Assembly (NCBI GenBank): GCA_049515895.1 | Contig: JBEKTQ010000020.1 | Location: 1-64,000 of the forward strand | Source of the DNA: Candidatus Bathyarchaeia archaeon | GTDB lineage: Archaea > Thermoproteota > Bathyarchaeia > Bathyarchaeales > Bathycorpusculaceae | Direction: 5' to 3' | Length of the DNA stretch: 64,000 nucleotides | Shown: one piece after another, positions 38,934 through 48,834 of the stretch | Layout: every line of letters begins with the position of its first letter | How positions within the stretch are numbered: the first letter of the stretch is position 1 | The notes under the pieces: model-generated | Database searches by the model: none | Told to the model about the DNA's origin: nothing | What the model saw: the letters and a program-made list of their open reading frames with translations, nothing else | Program-made: the position numbers and the translations under genes

Positions 38934-38991
38934 ATGTTTACCTCCGACGTCTGAACCGAATTAATCAAAAAAACCTTATAGCTTGTAGGTA

Positions 38992-39005
38992 GTTGCAAAA
39001 GTAAC
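38992..39005 (-). promoter_or_regulatory. Island operator GTTGCAAAAGTAAC between the corrinoid gene and the divergent TrmB gene
   Basis: Near-palindrome; on the minus strand 11 nt before TATAAGG (38980-38974). Confidence 0.8.
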
Positions 39006-39112
39006 CACCATCTATGTTACAGATCATAAAAAATTTTGATTCTACAATGGTTGTGGATTACCAAAAAGATCATATATATTATAATTTGATAAGAAGAGGA
39101 TGAGGAATTAGA

Positions 39113-39931
39113 TTGAGCCAGAATCTGATATTGGCGAAACTAATTGAGTTGGGATTTACAGATCAAGAAGCACGAATATACATATTGTTAGCAAAAACAG
39201 GAACTCTAAAGGCGAAAGACATTTCGAGAACTTTAAAAATAAACAAAGTCCAAGTTTACCGTAGCCTGAGAAACCTTCAGAACAGAGATTTTGTTGAATC
39301 ATCGCTTGGGTGCCCGGCGTTTTTTTCTGCAACGCCATTTGACAAGCTAATAGACCTCGTGGCGGAATCTAAAAGTTCAGAGGCCATGTTGCTCAAAAGC
39401 AACAAAGGAGCATTGCTATCCCTGCTGGGAAGAATGGAACAGCTGACGCCAAATGAAATGGACAAGTTTACGGTCGTGGAAAACGCTAATACGATTTACT
39501 CATTAATCGATCAGTTTTTTAAGAAAGCCCAAAAAGAAATCGTGGTAATGGTTGATGATGCATACAAGGCAGTACCGAATTTTGACGAGAATCATCGCAT
39601 AACAAAAGCTAACCTCAAACGAGGAGTCAAATATAGATGCATTGGCAAAGATAACGAGCAAAATCATGAGTCTACAAAAAGAATCATGAACGATGGATGG
39701 ATCTTAAGAAATTTTGAGAATAGATACAGTAAAATAATTAATAACAACTTTCCGTGCTTTTTCATGAGAGACGAAAAAGAGCTAATACTATCAATGGAAA
39801 AAGACGCTTTCGGATACATCAAGAAAATAATGATCACTAACAACCAAGCACTAATCAGTCTAGTAAAACTGTTCTTTGAAAAAACATGGTGTGACTCAGA
39901 AATTTCAGAAATTGCCAAACTATCACTCTAA
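39113..39931 (+). CDS. TrmB-family transcriptional regulator
   Basis: LGFTDQEARIY..L.KTG.LKAKDIS..LKINKVQVYRSL; RDEKELIL..FFEKTW. Confidence 0.88.
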   Translation: MSQNLILAKLIELGFTDQEARIYILLAKTGTLKAKDISRTLKINKVQVYRSLRNLQNRDFVESSLGCPAFFSATPFDKLIDLVAESKSSEAMLLKSNKGALLSLLGRMEQLTPNEMDKFTVVENANTIYSLIDQFFKKAQKEIVVMVDDAYKAVPNFDENHRITKANLKRGVKYRCIGKDNEQNHESTKRIMNDGWILRNFENRYSKIINNNFPCFFMRDEKELILSMEKDAFGYIKKIMITNNQALISLVKLFFEKTWCDSEISEIAKLSL

Positions 39932-40156
39932 ACAGAAGTCACAAAAAAAGTCAAACTGTATCTCTAAGACTCTTTCAGTCGTTAATTCAAGAGCTACTCT
40001 CATGTAAGCTTTTCTTCAGCGTTTAATCAGCAATTGACGCTAGGCATGTTCTGGATTGAATAAGAAATTGGAAAACAAATCAGATTTAGTTCTCGGTACA
40101 CAGGGCAATTTTATGTGAAATTACAAATAGTTTCCGCCCAACATCCTTACTAGGGA

Positions 40157-40170
40157 GTAACAAAAGTAGC
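40157..40170 (+). promoter_or_regulatory. Degenerate island operator GTAACAAAAGTAGC upstream of the SCP2 gene
   Basis: 11/14 match; followed by TGACCAC (as at the 41559 site) and TTTAAAA at equivalent spacing. Confidence 0.55.
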
Positions 40171-40233
40171 TGACCACATTTTAAAACCAAATTGCATCAT
40201 AAAGGAAACACAAAAAGGAGTTAAAGACAAAAA

Positions 40234-40584
40234 TTGTCAACTCAAGAAAAAGCTGATGAACTGATAAAAACTCTGACAGATAGAGTAAATGCAAAACCCG
40301 ATGGGTCAAAAGGCTGGGGCGGAGCCATAATCATTAATTTCACAAATGCTGAAGAAGTTTATTTTCTGAAATTCGGCATGGACGGCAAAGTCGAAAAAGT
40401 TGATAAAGGATACCTTAAAGTAATGCAGAAAAAAGGCCCTAAAGCTACAATCAACACTACAACCGACACCGTAGACGCCATATACAGTGGAATGATTGAT
40501 GGAATGGGGGCAATGATGAGCGGCGCAATAAAAGTCGACGGCCCGTTAGATGTCGTGATGAAGCTGGCGCCCGCATTTATGTAG
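40234..40584 (+). CDS. SCP2 sterol/lipid-binding domain protein
   Basis: G.IDG..AMMSG.IKVDG...VMKL C-terminal SCP2 pattern. Confidence 0.8.
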   Translation: MSTQEKADELIKTLTDRVNAKPDGSKGWGGAIIINFTNAEEVYFLKFGMDGKVEKVDKGYLKVMQKKGPKATINTTTDTVDAIYSGMIDGMGAMMSGAIKVDGPLDVVMKLAPAFM

Positions 40585-40628
40585 AAGCGAAACGCATTCA
40601 ACAACTAAAGTCGGCGAGATGAAAAAGT

Positions 40629-40814
40629 GTGCTGCCAGAACTTGTCCCAATAATGCTAGCTATTAGCGCAATCACTCTATTGGCAAGTGTCGCTGCAATA
40701 AAGGTCGGGGCAAAAAAAATGCAGCTTTTCATGAAAGTCATGAAAGCAGTCTCGATTTTGAGCATAGTTGAGGGCATAGTCGACGTAGTAGCACTAATCA
40801 CATATTTTATTTAA
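40629..40814 (+). CDS. Small two-TM membrane protein
   Basis: Two hydrophobic stretches, follows SCP2 on the same strand. Confidence 0.45.
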   Translation: MLPELVPIMLAISAITLLASVAAIKVGAKKMQLFMKVMKAVSILSIVEGIVDVVALITYFI

Positions 40815-40972
40815 ACGCTACCACATGACGCTTAACACAAAGCGAGGCAAGCATCCTCATTTTTCCTCTGCTTTTCAAAAGCAAGCGTTTCATTTTAGTC
40901 CATAATTAATTCATATAAAAAAAACAATTAATGAAAAATCATCCTTTCTTTTTCTCAATTAAACCCGTTCAG

Positions 40973-41023
40973 GTTGGCATCAACTTTACCACAAAAAACT
41001 TTTACAGCGCCCCTAGCTGCGAT
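40973..41023 (-). repeat. About 50-bp diverged duplicate of the gcvH segment 41327-41376
   Basis: GTTGGCATCAACTTTACCA...TTTTACAGCGCC.CTAGCT shared. Confidence 0.75.
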
Positions 41024-41025
41024 TG

Positions 41026-41508
41026 CTAGAGACCCTTGTATTCTCCACCTGTTATATCGTCCTTTGATTTTTCTGCTTCTTTCTTGAACCAATCTACAGC
41101 AGCGTCGCCGAAGAATATGTTCTTTAACTCGGCCTCGAGGTTGGATGGCTTTATAATACATAGCCACCCTGCTCCATATGGATCATCTTTAAACGCGTTT
41201 GCTCCTCGTTTTCGAACTTCTTCGTTTACAGAAATAATTGTCCCAGACACTGGAGCAACAATCGGTCCGGTATACTTTATTGACTCTAATATCCCAAGCT
41301 TCTTTTTCTGAATTAACACTGTTCCAGTTGGCATCAACTTTACCATGAAGATTTTTACAGCGCCTCTAGCTACAATGTCATCAAAGCCTACACGGACATT
41401 TCCGTCATTCTCTTTTTTAGCCCAAACATGCTCATTATAGTATAAGTCTGGTCGAAACTTGAAACCGAAAACTTCTTCCACAGACATCAATCTAACCTCA
41501 TTTCGCAT
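41026..41508 (-). CDS. gcvH: Second GcvH-like lipoyl carrier protein
   Basis: YYNEHVW, LESIKY (lipoyl Lys), DPYGAGWL. Confidence 0.9.
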   Translation of the reverse strand: MRNEVRLMSVEEVFGFKFRPDLYYNEHVWAKKENDGNVRVGFDDIVARGAVKIFMVKLMPTGTVLIQKKKLGILESIKYTGPIVAPVSGTIISVNEEVRKRGANAFKDDPYGAGWLCIIKPSNLEAELKNIFFGDAAVDWFKKEAEKSKDDITGGEYKGL

Positions 41509-41558
41509 TCGTTTACAATTTTAGAAAGAGCGTGTTTTGTCCTTATATAAAGTGGTCA

Positions 41559-41572
41559 ATTGCAAAAGTAAC
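41559..41572 (-). promoter_or_regulatory. Island operator (ATTGCAAAAGTAAC on +) upstream of the second gcvH
   Basis: On the minus strand 11 nt before TATAAGG (41547-41541). Confidence 0.75.
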
Positions 41573-41614
41573 ACCCAGCAATTTTGCCCGTTGTGATTGC
41601 GGTCTGAACCCATT

Positions 41615-41733
41615 GCGGTTCAAATCCCGCCCAATCCACTTCAAACAGTTTCGAGCCTCTGCGCAAGAGTAAAATTATACATTTGACAGCGTGCGGATTC
41701 GCTTAAATAATTAAGCGAGTCCCACCGGACCCG
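41615..41733 (+). other. Two tRNA 3'-end-like fragments (possible att scars)
   Basis: GCGGTTCAAATCCCGCCCAATCCAC (41615-41639) and CGAGTCCCACCGGACCCG (41716-41733); no 5' halves found. Confidence 0.35.
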
Positions 41734-42186
41734 AACCTTGTCTAGTATGGGTCTCTATGGGAATTTGGCTCCAAATGAGGTTGGAGCTTGGCTTCAGATG
41801 TCGAGGACCCATTCCGTTTTCCACTAACGTGATTAGCATAATGCTCTGCCTCAAGAGGGCATACAACAGGTTTTAGACGGCAGAGAAAGGCATCGACTCA
41901 ACGGACGTTTATAAGCACTTGTGTAATGATTTGTAAGAAGAAGAATTTGCCTGCGTCATTTTTCTGTCAGCTAAGACGGTTTAGAACTCAAAATAAGCCC
42001 GGTTAGCGAATGCCAAGACCCGCGGCCTCCCCCCAAAATTACACAAAACTGTGTAATGGCCATGAGTGTTTTCGCTCTACCTGGCATCTAGGCGGAAAAC
42101 CGTCAACCCCGGACGGTCTATAACCAGTTAAACGCAAGTTCCCCCGGCTTTTCGCGCCTTCCTCCGAAGCATTAAAGTCGGTTGCG

Positions 42187-42405
42187 TTGGGAACAGTTGA
42201 AAGGGTTTCTTCAATTCTAATGCATTTCGCTTGGGGTTACTTGTGCTTCATGTCAGTCATCTTCCACAAAAAGCGGTTATTTCTCATTGCATTGCCAATG
42301 GGGTTTGTTGACTTTTTAGTTCCTTTTGCCTCAAACATGGGCATTGTAGTTTTCGAAGTTGTTGTGTTCACGTTGGCTGTTCTTACACTTCTTGTAGCTT
42401 GGTAA
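42187..42405 (+). pseudogene. C-terminal fragment of a YhfC/PrsW-like intramembrane protease
   Basis: GTVERVSSILMHFAWG (ER..H motif); 5' part missing. Confidence 0.6.
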
Positions 42406-42524
42406 GCAGTGAAGCATGTACCAAAGAGCTCCGAAGACAACACCTTAACTCCCAAAGTTTGCATTAAAAATGCACAAAGCTTATCCATAACTCGACACGA
42501 AATAGCCTTCGAGAGAGGGTCAAC

Positions 42525-43316
42525 TTGTCGTTTGAATCAGGAAGAAAACTAGGGTTAACAGCCAGCTTGATAGCAGTCGCTGTGCCAGTCATCACGGTTA
42601 TTTTGTACGGTTTTCTTTTCTTGTCCTTCTTTCGAATAGGTACTCCGGCTACAAGTGGAGGGACCTATGGCGGCTCACTCCTTCCCGCTGGAATATTCTT
42701 TGCCTTTATCGCTATCGGAATTATCGGTTTCATTGGAATCATACTGTTTCTCGTTGCGATGCACAGGTTAAGCCAGTATTACAGTGAACCCGGCATCTTC
42801 AAAAATGCACTTTATGGCTTTCTGATAAATATAGTGGGTATAGCGGTCTTAATTGTGATCTTGTTTGCGCTTCTATTTGCGGCGATTTTCTCTCTTGCTG
42901 CCAGACCCACGCTGAACTTCTCTCCTTTTGGATTTATCTTCGGGTTTTTGGGGCTCTTTGCTGCGATTTTTGTTGTAGCGATAGTTAGTGCCGTATTTTA
43001 CATGCGCGCTTTCCATAAACTGGGCGAAAAATCAGGAGTCAGCAACTTCAATACCGCAGGGACATTGTATTTAGTCGGTACCGCTCTGACAATTGTTTTG
43101 GTTGGTGGTTTAGTAGCATGGATCGCCTGGATTTTTGCGTCGTTAGGGTTCAATTCGCTGAAACCTAAAACTGCGGAATCTTCTTCTGTTTCCTATCCCA
43201 CAACACAGCCGTTTCAACCAATTAGACTAGGAGAAAAGAAGTTCTGCAACCACTGCGCAGCAGAAATCAGCATTGATTCGGTGTACTGTCCAAACTGCGG
43301 AAAAGTTCAGCAATAA
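42525..43316 (+). CDS. DUF996-like membrane protein with C-terminal zinc ribbon
   Basis: LSQYYSEPGIFKNALYG, F..AG.LY.VG; FCNHC...YCPNCG. Confidence 0.8.
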   Translation: MSFESGRKLGLTASLIAVAVPVITVILYGFLFLSFFRIGTPATSGGTYGGSLLPAGIFFAFIAIGIIGFIGIILFLVAMHRLSQYYSEPGIFKNALYGFLINIVGIAVLIVILFALLFAAIFSLAARPTLNFSPFGFIFGFLGLFAAIFVVAIVSAVFYMRAFHKLGEKSGVSNFNTAGTLYLVGTALTIVLVGGLVAWIAWIFASLGFNSLKPKTAESSSVSYPTTQPFQPIRLGEKKFCNHCAAEISIDSVYCPNCGKVQQ

Positions 43317-43404
43317 AAACATGGCTTCTGCCTGAATTTGTCAACGACAACAAATTTTATATCTTGGTGCCCGCTCCTTTTCCGAGTAGAAGTTGTGATG
43401 CTTT

Positions 43405-44385
43405 ATGGCTGTTAAAACAACACCAGATTATATCGACTTGCTGAACCAAGCGGTTGAACGCGAATTCGGAGTTGCAGTCCAATACTTCCTTCAACACGCT
43501 AAAATGGAAAAAATCATCAAAAAACAAATCCCCGAAAACATCCTTCTAGATAAGACCACATACGACGCCGTTGGGAAAATGCTTCATGAAATCTCCATTC
43601 AAGAAATGAAGCATGCCGCATCCATAATGGAGAGAATTTATTACCTCGGCGGCGAAGCAACCACTAAAGGCGACAAACCTGTCATCGGCGACACAATAAG
43701 TGAATTTGCCAAACTAGGCGTCGTCGCAGAGGAAGAAGCTTTGAACCTATACCGAAAAATAATCACGAAAGCGGCCGAAATGGGGGATTGGGAAACACGG
43801 GAAATGTTCGAAAAAATCTACGGCGAAGAAGAAGATCACCTATTCAAGTTCCAAGAGTACACCGCCTTCCAGGATGAAAAAGAAGAACCCGACAAGGTGC
43901 CCCTGTCAGAGTGGCGCAAAATATTCACTCCAGACTACTATGAACTGCTGAATAAAGCAGTTGCAGCTGAAATCGCTGGAATAATCCAGTACACTAACCA
44001 ACATGAAAAAGCCGCTTTGCTGGAGCTCAGGATGAAGAAGACCCCGTTGGAAACCGTTCAAGGCACGAACTATCAGGGCGTCGTCAGCAAACTCCTCAAA
44101 GACATCTTCATACAGGAAATGCAGCATCTTGAAAAAATAAGCGAACGCATCTATCTCGTCGACGGCGAAGCAGTAACAAAGCCAAATCCACTTCCAGTCG
44201 TGGGAAAAACAACTCTTGAGATTCTTCGGCTCGACCATCAACTTGAAGCCGACACTATCGCTCTATACCGACAGATCGTCGCTGAAGCCATGAAACGCGG
44301 CGACACAACGACAAGAAAAATCTTTGAAGACATAATTCTGCAAGAAGAAGACCATTACTGGACATTCGACGACTACGTCAGATAA
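43405..44385 (+). CDS. Tandem bacterioferritin-like (two ferritin domains) protein
   Basis: Two repeats of LN.AV..E...QY..QH, QEM.H...ERIY, EE.H. Confidence 0.85.
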   Translation: MAVKTTPDYIDLLNQAVEREFGVAVQYFLQHAKMEKIIKKQIPENILLDKTTYDAVGKMLHEISIQEMKHAASIMERIYYLGGEATTKGDKPVIGDTISEFAKLGVVAEEEALNLYRKIITKAAEMGDWETREMFEKIYGEEEDHLFKFQEYTAFQDEKEEPDKVPLSEWRKIFTPDYYELLNKAVAAEIAGIIQYTNQHEKAALLELRMKKTPLETVQGTNYQGVVSKLLKDIFIQEMQHLEKISERIYLVDGEAVTKPNPLPVVGKTTLEILRLDHQLEADTIALYRQIVAEAMKRGDTTTRKIFEDIILQEEDHYWTFDDYVR

Positions 44386-44486
44386 ACCCCACTTCCTTTT
44401 TTATCTTTAGGTAAAACCTGGGACATAGGTTATCCGAAAACTTAATTCCGAAGGCTATGCAACATACATATGGCAGAGGCGAAGCT

Positions 44487-44624
44487 ATGAAAGAAGAAAA
44501 ACTGCCTCGTTGCATAAACTGCGGAAATTTTATCGATGATTGCAAATGCGTATGCCCATACTGCGGAGAAACTGCAAAATGCATTTGCTGCGTAGGCATC
44601 GAAAAAGCATCGGGCGGCGGGTAA
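44487..44624 (+). CDS. 45-aa Cys-rich peptide ending GGG (not in the ORF track)
   Basis: MKEEKLPRCINCGNFIDDCKCVCPYCGETAKCICCVGIEKASGGG; GAGG upstream; 36 bp before the OFOR alpha gene. Confidence 0.7.
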   Translation: MKEEKLPRCINCGNFIDDCKCVCPYCGETAKCICCVGIEKASGGG

Positions 44625-44660
44625 CCGCTCCAAAATAAATGAAAAATTATTCGAGAGAAG

Positions 44661-47550
<2,890 letters not shown>

Positions 47551-47694
47551 AATCTTTTCCTTTTCAAAAATAGAGACGGATTAGAAGCCTTCTCCCTTTC
47601 TCCTCGATCCTTCTCCTCAACCTTTCCTTGAACAATAAACTCAAAGAAACCATATAAGCGATATTGCTGCCCTTGATATATTCCAATTATTGCT

Positions 47695-48069
47695 TTATTC
47701 CGTTTTGTTTTCGTTTTCTTCATCGCCGTAGCATTCTGCACTGAATTTTGGTGTACAGATGCAGTAAAACACCAAGTCTGTTTTCCCGATGTTGCTTATT
47801 CTTTGGGATACCCCTGCTGGAATAACAACTAGGTCTCCATGTGTTACCTTAGTTGGCTTTATATTGCCGACATCAACTTGGGCTTCTCCACTGGTTATTA
47901 GGTATATTTCGTTGACGCCTACCAGGTGATGCGCAATCGTTGTTATTCCTGGTTTTATCCGAGCCTGTTCAATTGAAATCCCTTCGGTGCTATAGTTTTC
48001 TGTTATTAGAACGCGTTCAGGTGTGGGTGTCTCTTTCAGAGAGTTAGCTTTTACAATTTTGGGCTTCAA
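47695..48069 (-). CDS. Cupin-domain protein
   Basis: H.L...EIY....G, GD.V.IP.G. Confidence 0.8.
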   Translation of the reverse strand: MKPKIVKANSLKETPTPERVLITENYSTEGISIEQARIKPGITTIAHHLVGVNEIYLITSGEAQVDVGNIKPTKVTHGDLVVIPAGVSQRISNIGKTDLVFYCICTPKFSAECYGDEENENKTE

Positions 48070-48313
48070 ATACTAACCTCAGATTTCGTTCGCATTTGGC
48101 TAAATAAAAAGTAACTATAGCTGTATATTCATATTTTGATTATGTTCCTATCGCAAAGTTTAACCCAACTATTATTTACTTAAAAAATGGCTTTTTTCCC
48201 AAACAAGGGCGTTTTTAGATTTTTTTATTTGGAATTTTTTGTTTATTTTTCATGGTGTAGACTTTCGGATTTCATGCTATATTGCGAGATTGATGTGGAA
48301 ATAACTTATATAT

Positions 48314-48361
48314 GCGCTAAATGTAGTGTGTTGTCAAGACCGTCGACACTACGTATATATC
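48314..48361 (+). promoter_or_regulatory. Tandem NrdR boxes
   Basis: GCGCTAAATGTAGTGT (48314-48329) and weaker ACACTACGTATATATC (48346-48361), 32 bp apart, just after TTATATAT. Confidence 0.65.
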
Positions 48362-48384
48362 AAAGCATGGAACATGTATAAGGT

Positions 48385-48834
48385 ATGAGATGTCCATACT
48401 GCAACTCTGAGAACTCCAAAACTTTGGAAACGCGTGATTCTCCAGAAAACACTACGCGCAGGCGAAGAGAATGTGTCAGCTGTGGAAAACGCTTCACAAC
48501 TTACGAGTACGTTGAAACCGTTGAGCTTATGGTCAGGAAAAAAGATGACAGGCTTGAACGATTCGATGTTAACAAAATAATCCGTGGCTTGCAGAAAGCG
48601 TGCGAGAAGAGGCCTGTTACAATGAGCCAAATCAACGTGTTAGCCGAACAGGTGAGGCAAGACTTGATGCTTAAAGACGTACAAGAAGTTGAGTCGCAGG
48701 AAATCGGCGACTTAATCATGATGCATCTGAAGAAAGTCGACCGTATAGCGTACATTCGGTTTGCGTCGGTTTACAAGCAATTTGAGGAGCCTGAAGATTT
48801 CAGGCGGTTACTACTTGAGGTGAAAAAACAATGA
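48385..48834 (+). CDS. nrdR: Transcriptional repressor NrdR
   Basis: MRCPYC, RRRRECVSCGKRFTTYE, ATP-cone, AYIRFASVY. Confidence 0.97.
   Translation: MRCPYCNSENSKTLETRDSPENTTRRRRECVSCGKRFTTYEYVETVELMVRKKDDRLERFDVNKIIRGLQKACEKRPVTMSQINVLAEQVRQDLMLKDVQEVESQEIGDLIMMHLKKVDRIAYIRFASVYKQFEEPEDFRRLLLEVKKQ

Noticed and set aside
38056-38964. 302-aa plus-strand ORF and the many other antisense ORFs (e.g. 1863-2573, 9211-9585, 44378-44743)
   Set aside because: Shadows of well-supported genes on the opposite strand, with no motifs
32321-41508. Glycine cleavage system
   Set aside because: Only H-like proteins are present; no P, T or L protein in the window
41581-41740. Complete tRNA genes
   Set aside because: Only T-loop/3' acceptor-like pieces; no matching D or anticodon arms could be folded
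41990-42175. RNase P RNA or riboswitch
   Set aside because: Superficial GAGGAA...GGCTTA similarity on the minus strand, but no convincing P4 pairing; left as unexplained
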